This document shows positions 23,659-36,201 of a stretch of DNA of 64,000 nucleotides, one piece after another. How positions within the stretch are numbered: the stretch's first letter is position 1; the number at the start of each line of letters is the position of its first letter. The position numbers and the translations under genes are program-made. Source of the DNA: Mustelus asterias (lineage: Eukaryota); the NCBI RefSeq assembly GCF_964213995.1, contig NC_135830.1, positions 9,486,001 to 9,550,000 of the forward strand, written 5' to 3'. Below the pieces are notes generated by a model, which saw only the letters and a list, made by a program, of their open reading frames with translations, did no database searches and was not told the DNA's origin.

Positions 23659-23704
23659 CCGACAAGAAAGCCAGCAGCAAAATAATATAAATCGCCGCGC
23701 TCAT
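23659..23704 (-). pseudogene. IgH leader exon MSAAIYIILLLAFLS(G)
   Basis: 46 nt, G|gtgagt donor, splices in phase to GVQS; TATTTAAAT box ~95 bp upstream. Confidence 0.9.
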
Positions 23705-26700
23705 CCTTCTGAGAATTTGGGGGAAATGGTTGTGTCAGGAAATCAGTGAACAAACCACCTCCCGGACTGTTGGATTCCGGTCCCAGTGAGCGCCATTTAA
23801 ATACCCGGCAGAAGGGTGCGGCTTTCCAGGCGCCGCCTATTGATTCCCTGGTGGAGGTGGCAACTGGATCCACGTCCCACCTTCCACTACCCCAACAGAG
23901 TGGACTCCAAGGTTTACAATAGATTATTATTAAAATTGACATTTTATATGTATCGGGATATGGTTTGACTGAATGGACTCATTCTAATCCGCTGGTCCCA
24001 TTACTGAAACTGCATTTGCGCATCTGTTAATAAAGAAAACGAAGTTCCATGGCAAAGTGTCCCTGCTTCCCTACACCGTTAGGTAATGAACTGAATATAA
24101 AAACGAGTAAAATACTTGAGGATGGAATGGGGCGTCTGTCGTGTCTAATTTGCAACCGGTCTCTATCTGATCACAACAATGAAGTATCATCTATCAGACG
24201 AATTGTGATCCATTTATGTAACTAAATGCGGGGGGGGGGGGGGGGTGAACAAAGTGATTCTATTTAAAATGTGAATGGCGATCCTTATGCATTTTGGATC
24301 TGCAAATAACAAGAGCCACCTCATTTTCTTTTACATTATTGCTCCTTACATTTGTCGAACTGCCCCTGAGCCTAACATGGCCCTGTGCCATTAGCACGCT
24401 TGCCTGATATTTAACTAGTGAGTTGACAGAGAAATATTTACATTTACATCAGCATCTGACACGAAGTTAATGAATCGGAACGGTTACGCGATCAGTAAAA
24501 TTCTCCTTCGGCATCCAAATCATTGCAGCTTATTTGATCGGCTGTCTAACATTCACTGATGTTGGGAGCACAGGATATCAGGACTTTGCGGCATATTACA
24601 CAATATCACAAGAATAAATGTGTTACATTCCACTGAAGCATATTTCTCCACTCATTCGCAGCACCCGTACTTCACTAAATTACTATTAAACGGGCTTTAA
24701 GAACGAGCATACTCTTGATTTGGAAATTCTATGAATTAAATCGTGTCCTCGTTCTAATGTCCTTGAGGGAAGAAATCTGCTGTCCTTACCTGGTCTGGCC
24801 TATATGTGACTCCAGAGCCACAGCAATGTGGTTGACTCTCAACTGCCCTCCAAGCGTGACTGGAGAAGGGCAATTAATGCTGGCCCGCCAGTGGTGCCCA
24901 TGTCCCATGAATGCATAAGAAAATGTTAAATGTTCAAGTTACTATTTTATCATCTTGTTTAATCTCAAAGTGGACACGATTGTCACTGAATAAATTTCTT
25001 CAGATGGAATACCATTTAAATCTGCCATTGCTGTGCAGCTGAAACGTTTATTATTTGAATAGATAGATCCCATTTTGATCATTCATATTTACGTTAATCT
25101 GCCCCGCACGGTATTTAAAAGCAACCCAGCCGACTGCAGTCAGGGAGGCTGGAAAGTCCGATGTCAACAACAGGAAGCAACTGGGGTGTTTGTGCAGTAA
25201 ATAAAATATCTGTTTGCTCAGTATTGGCCACTTGGCTGCCAGCCAGCTTCGAACATTTAACATCGTCAATGACGTCTATTTATAAAGAAATCTACCCAAC
25301 GACAACGCTGGTGATAATCTTATATTTTTAGATTGTGAACGGATGCGAAGTGTTCCGATTTCCAAGAAAAGAGAAGTTATTCAATTTGTGTTGTCCCTCT
25401 TAGCTACAACAGTCCTATGGAGGATCGCGCCAACAGATTATAACATTTGATGGATGTTTTGATGGTGAACAGGAAATACAAGCAGGCTACAAGGCACAGG
25501 ATACATTTGGAAGAGTTAGTCATATTGCCCTCCATCTGGAGACAAATGTAGTTGAGTCCAGGGTACGATGGAGGATTCAGTTCACTGGTGGATCAGAGAG
25601 GTTCCCATCGTAACTGTTAGTCGGTATTCCAAATTCTACTCAAATTGCCTTCAAATTCACCAGCTACTCTGATGGGATTTGTTCCCATATCGCCACAGCA
25701 TTAACCCGGCATCTCGATTACTGGTCCAATTCCATTAAAAATATGCCACTGTCGGCCCGAAAAAATAAAGAGGTGACGGGGGTAATGTAACAAACAGTGA
25801 CATTTGGATGCCAGGCCATTTTGTTTCTGGAATCAATGAATGAATTGATGGATATATCCATAGACGGGCCCGAAAGACGTTGTTCGACATTCTCCTCTTT
25901 GTTCTCCAGTACTTCATTAATTGAACCAGGTCCTTTATTTCATCTGTGTCGACTACCTTCATTCCTTCCAGAGTTTTTCAACGAATTCAATCCCCAGACT
26001 ATCAGGAAATATCGACTGTCCATCACCAGGAGATATTCCTGCTCTTCTGCTGATTCTTCCACTGCTGATGGTGAATCTTCATCTCAAGGACAGAAAGAGG
26101 GAACATGAATAGTATGTCGACGGAGGGTTGTAATATCTGGACCATATGGTTGTTTCATGTACAACAAATCACTCAGCATATGTTCGCCCAAAATAGTAAA
26201 GCTGACAGACGAAAAACTTAATGATGTGGCAATGTAACTATTGGGCAGCTGACATTGTTTAATTACGTCCCAAAACAGAGTGATAATCAATAAAAATTAA
26301 AGATTCATTGTCGTTACAATCACCATACACTCCAGTTAGATATCAGCAGTTTCTGTGATTATAGAATCCCGACAGTGCAGAGAGAGGCCATTCGGCCTAT
26401 CAAGCCTGCACCAACAACAATCCCACCCAGGCCCTATCCCCGTAACCCATGTATTTACCGTCCTAATCACCTTGTGTACGTGTGTGTGTGTGAATGAAAG
26501 AGAGAAATTGCGTGTGGTGTGAATAGCTCTCTCTCTCTCCTTCAAATTCACTGTCATCACCAACTTCTCAAACAAACTATGACACATGCCTTTGTAAACG
26601 ACCATCCGATCAACCATTCCTCACTAAAGCCCTTGGATGTTTTACCTTTCTAATTGTGTATAGTAACGTTTGTTTTTATTCAGAATCTGTGGAATCTTAT

Positions 26701-27465
26701 ACCTTTATTCACTTGCGAACCATCGGAAACAGTGCCTCATGCAATGCCCAAGGAGGGTCTGACCAGCACAATCGTAATGTGGTTCAGCGAAACATAAATA
26801 TGGAAAGAAACCACTGTAATTATAAAGAGGCCTAGGACTGGTATAAAAAATATCTGATAATTTCCATATGTTCTTCAGTCTGAACTTGGTTGACCCTCCT
26901 ACGTGATGAGCTTTGGAGAATTTTATGATGTTTAGCGTGCTGTTAAATGCGTAAATGTGTCGTGAGAATGCAGGTTTTCTGGTGTGGATGACCGGTGGCT
27001 TCTGCCGGCATCGTTTATACTGTGTGGAACTATATGTTGCAGGTGACTTTTACTTCAGTTCTGGGAGGACATTCGACAGAATATGACTATAATTGCCATT
27101 CCGATTCTCTTCTGTTCTAATGTCACTGAGCTATGCCGGCTTCAGCATCATGGCTATAATATTTCTTAGGTAATTCCTAACAATGAATATTCCACATGGT
27201 AAGCATGTCTTACATTTAGCTATTAGCTAATTAATTCTAAACTATGTTAGGTTGCACGGATCTCCGCCCCCCTGCGGTCTCGCAACATTCTAAACCCCTC
27301 CCTGAATGAACATGGAAAGTTACTGCTTAATCAGTTTGTTTAACTAACTGTAAATAATTGTGGAAGTTAATTGCCTCCCTGTAGATTTCCAATGGTATAA
27401 ATGTGGGTTTATTTGACCTTGCCACAGAGAATCCTGTGATCAACCGTCATTGTTTCTCAAACAGA

Positions 27466-29646
27466 ATGCATGGGCGAATAACTGGTGTAGTTTATGGCAT
27501 TTACTATCCAATTATTGCTGCCATTGGGGTTCCGGGTAAGTCATTCTACTAAATCATTAACTTGACGTGCCGCTGTTTTATGAAGTAAGTGCTGAACATG
27601 GCAATAAAGAACATGACATAATTGTTTCCAGGTATCTTCCAAAACCTTATTTGCTCAGTGGTATCCTATCATTTCATCATTTAATTATGCATTTTATTGA
27701 TGAGAAGCGAAAAATGGTATATATTGACGGGAGTTTCAAAGAGTGAGAGGCGACCTCGTTGAAAGAGAATTCTCAGCAGGCTCTTACTCATGAAGTCTCT
27801 GACACATTCAATACTCTGTGGCTGATCTTGCCAGCATGCATGAACGGAAGCGAGGCTGTTCATGTTTTTGAAACGTATAGTTGCTGTGAGAATACGTTTA
27901 CAGCAATACAAACTTTGGGCATGATTCCACAATCACCGGACACAACATCCCAGTATATACTCTGTCAAGCCTGCTGAGAATTCTCTTTCAACGAGGTGGC
28001 CTCTCATTCTTTGAAACTCCAGTCAATATATACCATGTTTCACTTCTCATCATGGAACAATTCATATCATTGCTCAGTAGAATGGAAACTGCTGTTTCCA
28101 AGCCAGCAAGATTTCTGATGCAAACCATCTGATGCTCCTTAAATTGTATTAACTTGACACACCCAACTACTGAAAAGATTCCCGTGGAATTCCAACAAGC
28201 CAAACTGAATCCTTATCACATTATACAGTTTAACAATGCAACTGTAACTGATATGTCAACCGTATCTACAGACTATTTCGTTTATGGGATACATGATACA
28301 AAGGTTGAATGTCAAATTTCGTATACAATCTGGGGATCTTCAGCCTTTCAGTCCTTAACTTTGCAATTATTGCCCGGAATCACATTGCCTTTCTTTCTCA
28401 CTCCGTTCCTCACATGCTTTCCTTAAGCGTATTTCGTCGTCCAGTTATTCAGCATTTAACATAATTAATATCTGCTCCTGTTGTTAGATGTCAAATTGTA
28501 CTGCAGCACTTTCCTGTTAAGAGACTTGGGAAACCTTTTGCCTTAAAGGTGCGACAGAACTGGAGGTTGCCCTTGTAGCTCTTTCTGAAACACAATTGAC
28601 CTTGAAAAAAAACAAGAATAGCCGTCTCTTCTAACGAAGGTGAACTGGCAAACATGTCCAAATAGGTCTGTCACACCCAAGTGCTTGTTTGGAATTCGTT
28701 GAATAACTTTACAACTTTAATTTTCTTTTTCCTCTCAGTTAACGTGGTGGCGATTGTGATTCTGTCCCGAGGAAGGTGTGGTCTCTCCAAATGCATTACT
28801 CGGTATCTGATTGCCATGGCAGTGACGGATCTCCTTGTCGTTGTCGTCGCTGTGATATTCAATCGGATTATTGGCATTTATTTTCCAGTAAGTTTTATGT
28901 CGTTGACTCCAGCCTGTACTCTGAGTTCTGTGATAATCTATGCAATCATGGAGTGTTCTGTTTGGCTAACCTTATTTTTCACCTTTGATCGTTATGTAGC
29001 CATTTGCTGCCAGAAATTGCGTACAAACTATTGCACTGAAAAAACAGCGGATGTGGTGATAGGAACGGTTTGTTTGTTGAACTGTTTGAAAAGGATTCCG
29101 TCGTACTTTATATATGAGCCAGTCTATATAGTGAACAATGTGCCTTGGTTTTGCAAGATAAAATCAACCTACTACACTTCCTTCTCATGGGCAGTCTATG
29201 ACTGGTTTGCACGTGTATTAAATCCTATTCTGCCTTTCCTTCTGATTTTGTCATTTAATGCATTGACCGTGAGACACATCCTGGCGGCCAATAGATCCCG
29301 CCAGAGACTCCGGACTCACAGCAGTGCAGAGAATCAGAATGATCCAGAAATGAAGAACAGGAAGAAGTCTATTGTTTTACTTTTCACCATCTCGGGGAGC
29401 TTTATTCTGTTGTGGATGACATACATTGTGGATTTCCTCTATGTGAAAATTACAAATGAATCTTATTTCGCAGGGTCCAATTTCAACGACCCCAAATTCA
29501 TTCGCCAGGAAAGCGGAAACATGCTTCAGCTGCTGAGCTGTTGCACTAACACGTGTATTTATGCAGTGACGCAGAGGAAATTCAGAGAGGAGTTAAAAAA
29601 TGCAGCAAAATATCTTGGCAGTCTCATTGTAAAAATAGTAAAGTAG
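27466..29646 (+). CDS. Class A GPCR, GPR139/GPR142-like; exons 27466-27535 and 28739-29646, 325 aa, intact
   Basis: Exon 1 MHGRITGVVYGIYYPIIAAIGVP G|gtaagt; acceptor ctctcag; NVVAIVILSRGRCGLSKC, YLIAMAVTDL, FTFDRYVAICC, DPEMKNRKKSIVLL, SCCTNTCIY; 7 hydrophobic segments. Confidence 0.92.
27698..28052. repeat. Inverted repeat, ~85-bp arms (27698-27782 and 27968-28052), inside the GPCR intron
   Basis: GGAGTTTCAAAGAGTGAGAGGCGACCTCGTTGAAAGAGAATTCTCAGCAGGCT and its reverse complement. Confidence 0.9.
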
Positions 29647-30144
29647 AAATTCCAAAGGGTTTGGTTTAAGTTGCAAATGGAAATGTATCGTGTCATCTCT
29701 GGCTTTTTCTCCTTGACATCTGAGGTTGAATTGGTCTTCGGCAGTTCTGTAAATAGGTGCCATCATTTTCACTTCTGTTCCACTGAGATGCCATGTAAGA
29801 AAGTTAGTAATGTGGATGAACAGAATCACTGGACAGCCAATTAGTTTTTAACAATAAACATTTATGAAACATGAAAAGACTGTCAATAACACAATCCTCC
29901 TTCATTCCACTCATCCCTTGCTGCAGTGAACACACAAACACTGAGGGCGCTCCCCCTTGTGGCAATGTGAGGTCAATGGTCTCTGTCTGGGAGATCACTG
30001 AATCCTCAGATTACTGAAGGATCGTGTTGAAACATAGAAAAGTTGGAGGATTGTGCTGCGGTATTTTTCTTATTCCTATTATTTTTATTGTAATGCTGAC
30101 GAACCTATTCACAGAATTGATACCAATCTCAGAAACAGCTACAA

Positions 30145-31275
30145 GTGAACTCGCGCACACACACACATTCACAGGCATACACGCTCAGACAGACACAGGC
30201 AAACTTGCACACACACACTTTCACAGGCATACACTCTCAGACAGACCCTGGCAAACTCGCACACACACGCAAACACATTCGCAGACAAACATTCTCAGGC
30301 AAACAGAGGCAAACTTGCATAAATTCGAAGACATACACTTTCAGACGGGCACAGGCAAACGCGTAGACACCCACAACACACATGCAATCACAGACATGCA
30401 GACAACGTAAAACACTGAGACTTGCACAAATGCACACACCTACTCAAACACAAACACTATCACATACACTTTCCCAAACATAATGAGAGGCTGAGATCAT
30501 GGAGGGTTGATGTCAATTTCAGTCCAAGTAACCTGCTGGGCACTAAAATAATAACAGAAGCAAATCTAAAGCTCGGTGTGTGGGTTTTATTGCGAAATGA
30601 GAAACTATATAAATATACCCCCATAGCTCAGGGTGGGAGAGGAATTGATGATTTGTCGACTGTCTGTGATCTCCCTGCAAAAATATTAAATTTGAGAGAT
30701 TATAAATTTTGAATTCTAGCTTGAATAAACCAGAGACAAGATTATGCTGAAAATAATCAGAATGACTGCCAGTATCTGTCGAATGAGAAAAAATATGTTA
30801 ACGTGACCTTTCACCTGAACTGAAAAAACATAGTTGTAAGGAAGTACCAAGGCCAATAAATGCTGCAAAGGGTACAGAACAAAATGATAGGATGGCACGC
30901 AGATAGGATAGGATAGCAAGCAGGAACACTAAATAAAAAAGCAACAGTGGTACATGTTGGATGTAAAAATGTGGAAATGGAATAATAGCCACTGTATATC
31001 ATCTGAAATATAAAACACACATACAAGCACATACACAAACACGCACACACATACATACACATATACACACAAACGCACGGAGAAACGCACACACACACAT
31101 CTACAAAGGCACACAAAACAAACGTGCATGCCCAAACACACAAAAGTACAAGCACACACACAAATGTGCACACACAAATGTACACATACACACACACACA
31201 TGTACACAAACACATGCAAGCAGCCACAATCATACGCAAACGCACAGAAAAACACCGCACAAACACACACACAAA
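30145..31275. repeat. Two degenerate CA-rich microsatellite tracts (~30145-30480, ~31014-31275)
   Basis: Low-complexity CA repeats. Confidence 0.85.
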
Positions 31276-32804
31276 TTCACGTTGCAAAGTTGGAGATGGG
31301 ATGGGGCAAGATTACAATCTATCATTGCTGAAATCAGCATTGATTCCCTGCTTGTTGGCGACATACTGACGTTTATCCTTATGTTTGATTACAACATTTG
31401 GCACCAGAGGGCAGCGAAAGACATTGTGAAGTCTGTTGGCTCCGTTTTTATAATGATATTTCAATTCTTTTCCGAAAGTCGATATTTTATTAACATAATG
31501 CTGGAAGGTTTACACAGAACCTCTCTGTGTGAAAAACCCATGTTTACTCTATAAAACAAAGTTTTCAAACCAGAACCAAGACTTCTCAGCCAGAGCAGTT
31601 CAGTCCGTGCAATGAACTATCAATTAGGTGTGAAAATATGCTGAAGTATTTGGATGGCAGTCTAAAAACAGAATTCGGGTCTCATCTGATGACAGAGTCC
31701 TACCAAGAATGAAGGAGTAGTCATTCTCATTTCTAACTATCTGTGAACTTTAATTCACAGAGAACCACCATCAGTTTTCTCAGCTGAAGGAAGATTTACT
31801 AAAAGTGTTCGAACTCATCATGTATTTCGATGGTGTAAATCAGGAACAAACTTTTCTAGCAGCAGGAGGCTCTTTAAACTGAAAACAATGATTTGAGGCG
31901 ACTGGAAAAATCAGACATGGCATGACAGCGAGTTGTGAGTTAGACGCGCTGCGTGAAAGGGCGCTGGCAGCAGTTACAATAGTATCTTTCAAAAGAGGAG
32001 CAGGTACATTGTTGCAGAGGTGTTTGTTTACAGGGCTCTGGGGAAAGAAGAGGAGAATGATATTAATTGAATTTCTCCACCAACCAATCTAAGAATGTAT
32101 GGCGAGCCGAATTGCCATGTTCTGTTGTATTTCATTTACTAATTGCCTCCCTTCGTTTCTTATTGTAAATCAAAGCTTCACCGTGGAGTCAAGAAGCATG
32201 TCCGCGTCCTTTTCTTCTTACCAGGCCTGCCATTTCCCTTCGGTGTCCTATTGCTCTTTCTATATTTATTGAGTATCCTTGAATTTAATTGTTTTATTTT
32301 TCATCCCCTCTTTGCTTTCTTTCTTTTTAAAAATTCCCCTTGCACATATTTTAATAAGATGGCACTGACGGAGGAACTTCAATTTCTTCATAGATAAGGA
32401 TCTCCAGTGAATTTGAGGGGAACTTGCTCATTTCGGTTTTTCCTGCGCCCTTCAGATTCCAGGTGGTCGAGTTCCCGGGTTTGTAAACCATTGTCGAAGG
32501 ACCCATGGCAAGTTGCTGCAATGTGGATAATACACGCTGGAGGCGCTGTGGAGAAAGAGAATGTTAAATTTGTGGATGAGGTGCCAAACATCAAGGCTGT
32601 TTTACCCTCGATTGGGTCTTGCCCCATGATTGCTGTTGGAGATGCGCTCGTCCAGGGAAGTGAGCAGTGTGTGTATCACACATTTTGCATGCCAGACTGG
32701 GGAGTGGCTTCATGGAAATCAGGAGGCGCATCGCTCCCAGAGAGCAATCTTTCTATGTAATTAGACTTTAAAGGTAAATTGTGGATTTATACGGCTCTTC
32801 GCAA

Positions 32805-32995
32805 TACCAATGGACATTTCAAAACATGTTACAGCCAATGTTTTATAATAAGTGCACTCGCTATTATAACAGAGGAAGTACACACGGAAAATTAACCCAA
32901 ACAGCAATGTGGCAATGATCACGGAATCTGTTTGTGTGATGTTGATTCCAGAATAAACATTGACCTGGACACCAGGGATAACTCCCTTACCCCTC
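32805..32995 (-). mobile_element. DeuSINE-like remnant
   Basis: TTACAGCCAATG...CAAACAGCAATGTG...GGACACCAGGGATAACTCCC resembles the reverse Deu domain. Confidence 0.55.
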
Positions 32996-33321
32996 TGTAT
33001 ATTTTATTTACAAGGCACGATTAGTATCTGTATTATCATATTACATGACAGTTCAAAGTTGGCATTACAAAAATTGCAGTAAAATTCAACTGCTTTCAGT
33101 ACATTACAACACAATCTGAGATGTATTTTATTTACTGTTAAGACTTATATTTACTTTTTTTTGTCAAACACTCTCTGATTCATTCTCTGTCCACTTCTGT
33201 GATACTTGAATTGAAAACTCGTTTGAGGCCAGGCAGGAATCCAGGGAGACACAGGACTTATTCATCAACTTTCAAGAAGAAACGATTGAAAAGAATGAGG
33301 TAAAAAACCAAGGAAGGAACC

Positions 33322-33460
33322 ATTTGCATAGTGCTCACACTGCTCGCTGCGAACTGAGAGATAGAGGGTTTATACTATGGCACTGACAACAGACAGCAAA
33401 CAAGGCTCCAAATTCTGCTTGGACATCTAGTGAGCTATTCAGCTATGGAAGCCCCCTGAC
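33322..33460 (+). promoter_or_regulatory. Ig-light-chain-style promoter stub: octamer ATTTGCAT, TATA-like TTTATA, ATG GAA GCC CCC
   Basis: Perfect octamer 33322-33329, TTTATA ~40 bp later, ATG at 33445, then stop and unrelated sequence. Confidence 0.35.
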
Positions 33461-34502
33461 CTCCCTCTGTGTCTCCCAATCATACTCTATCTCCCGCAAC
33501 CATCAATTATTTTCGTAATCATTCAGTGCCCCCTCTCCCACTGCATCCTCCATTCCATTTATGACTCTCCCATTCCCCCTCTCTCCATTATTCCGTCTGC
33601 CTCTCCGACTCACGCTCTCCCTTCCTCAAACAATCCTTCATTACTTCTTCCTCTTTCAAGATCCCTTTCTGCTTTTCTCAAGCCCTGTCGTGGGTCTAAT
33701 GAATAGGAGCAGGAAAGGGTTAAGTGCCGCCCCAAAACTGCTCTGTCATTACCTCTTGAACATTCCACCTAAAAACCTTGAGCAAATGCACCCTTCCTGA
33801 AGAACACTGACGGAAACTGCGCTCTTTTCTCCAAACGTGGCCAGGCCAAAGTCCTCTTCCATTGCAGCAAGGCGACCATTCTCGTGTAGCTCAATTGCTT
33901 TGGAATGAAGGCCAAAATTGTATTTGCCTCCTGGATTGCTGTCTCCGCCTGTAGGTTACATGTGTATACAAGGACGGTGAGATATGTCTGCACGCCAACA
34001 TATAATTGATTCTCACCATTTAAATGTATGATTTTATTTCTCTCTACTTTTCTCGCCAAGGTGAATAACTTCTTAATTTTCCGCAATATATTCCTGTTGA
34101 TCACTTTCTTGCAAACACGCTCATGCTCCCCTATCTCTTTGCAGCCTCTATGTGTCTCGTTTTGCTTTGTATCAATGCTAAATATGCATTATCAGAAAAA
34201 AGGTAAAGTTAAATGGATTCCTTCTCTTTATTAATAGCATTTATTGGATCACAGCGTTTCAGGAAACGTTTCTTTCCCAACCCAGGACAGTAAATCCGGA
34301 TCCATTCCCTTTCATAAGGACAGTAATAGCATTCGGTGTCAGGGTGCTTTTAGTAACTGCCTGCGACCTCACGATATGTCAATCTAGGGACAAAGGAAGT
34401 GAGCTGAGAACATGCTGAAACACGACAGCAGAATATAGAAGGCGAGGATTAAAAGGGTGTCTTCAAATGTCGGGCAGCCCTTTTGCAGAGCGGACAGGTA
34501 GA

Positions 34503-34943
34503 ATGCGACTACTCAGCATCTGGGTTGTGTGGGGAGCATTCTTGGCAGGGAACTGTGGAGGAAAGACATTTCGCCCTTTCTCTAGTTTCCCAACCATGGG
34601 TTAAATCAGAATTTGATCAGCTGCAGATCGTAACTTTTCTGTTCTTCTTTGAGATGTGGCTCATGCAGATACTGTGACTCAGTCGCTCTCGTCAGATGCA
34701 AAGACAGAAGGAGAAGTGGTGACTTTAAACTGTAGCTATGAGACTGCAATGAGCGGCTATATGTTACATTGGCACCGACAGTATCGAGACACACAGCCCG
34801 AGTCTGTACTGCTGAAGGCCAGTAATAATTATGAAGAGAAAGCAGATTTTGCGGAAACACGTTTTTCCGTGGAGCTCCAGATCGCGACAAAATTCACCAG
34901 TTTGACTATCTCGAGTTTGCAGCTGACAGACGCTGCCGTATAC
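34503..34943 (+). pseudogene. TCR alpha/delta-type V pseudogene: leader 34503-34548, V exon 34654-34943
   Basis: MRLLSIWVVWGAFLA / DVAHA-DTVTQS..EGEVVTLNCSYET...LHWHRQY..QPE..L..RFSVELQ...TSLTISSLQLTDAAVY; leader donor is GG not GT; truncated just before the second Cys; no RSS. Confidence 0.85.
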
Positions 34944-36201
34944 AAAGATACCTCAACCCCGTTTGTTGTTAAGCATTGACAGAAACAAATTATCTCACAG
35001 CGTAACTACATTTATTCTTACCCAAGCATTAAATGATATTCTGCAAAATTTTCAGTCACGAGGACAGACGGAAGATTTGGCGCAAATTTAACTTTATGAT
35101 TCAAATGTTAGATCAATTCCTGTGCCGCATGAATAAGGGTTTCAGCCGAATTGGACTTCCACAAAACAGGCTCTGAAGTTCAATCAGACAGCACTGTTTG
35201 TCCTTCCAGACCAGTCGCTTTTATCCTGAGCGGAATTTCTGGACTGAATGGATTACGACATTATATTTGCAGAGGTCCCAGTTCTAAACAGGGCAGAAAC
35301 ATTATCAACATTCACTGCCCTGATGTTTCTGAATTCATGTTTATTGTTGAATTTGAATGGAACCGAGTATCAATCAAAATATTGAAGATTTACTCTTCAC
35401 TATTTCTGAGAAAACACACACAGCAAAATCGCCAGTGCTTTCAGCTGGCAAGGGGTGTTTGGACAGTGGGAGGCTGGAATATTGCTGCTTTTCCCTGTTT
35501 CACACGCTGTAGAATGAGGAAAACAGAATAATTAAAGGGTTAGTTAGAATTGAATAATTGAATGGATTTCTAATGGGTTCGAGGCAGACACAATTTAATG
35601 CTAATAGTCGCAGAACACCCATTGCAGACACATACATGTCACCAGGAATCAGCTCTCCTATAACCGGTGCCGTCTCCCTTTAAGCCTTTCTGTGTCTTGT
35701 CTGTAAACAAATATTCGGACTGTCCCGAAGCTGCTTTTAGGTAGAATTCCTGATGTGCTGGAACGAGAATATTTTCAATATCTGCGAACAGTTACTTTCA
35801 CTGCCAACGTCAGAGTCAATGTTCCAGTTTCATAAAAACGGGAAAGGTGCCTTGACTGTCTCTGTTCAGTCAGACAATTCACCGTTCATTCTCCTGTGAT
35901 TCCGGTTCCCAAAGAGTTTCTAAAATATCATAACTTTGACAGCCATAATAATATATCTCTTGAAAACAATGTAAGTTTGCTATCGATGCTGGTATAATAT
36001 TTCTGTTTCCACATTTATTCTTTTAGTTACATTTTCTCAATGTTTTTACTGGCCACGGTTGTGAGTTTGGAATTCGCCCCGATACTGAACCCAACACGGT
36101 ATCTCACGGCCCTCTGCTGGGGTGACATGGAACTACAAAGTGCAGCTTCCTCCCACCTGTGAGTCTTTGGGAGTCAAGTTTGTGTTCAACAATTTCCGAT
36201 C

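Noticed and set aside
34996-35035. CACAGCG as RSS for the TCR V
   Set aside because: About 50 bp from the V break and no nonamer at 12 or 23 bp
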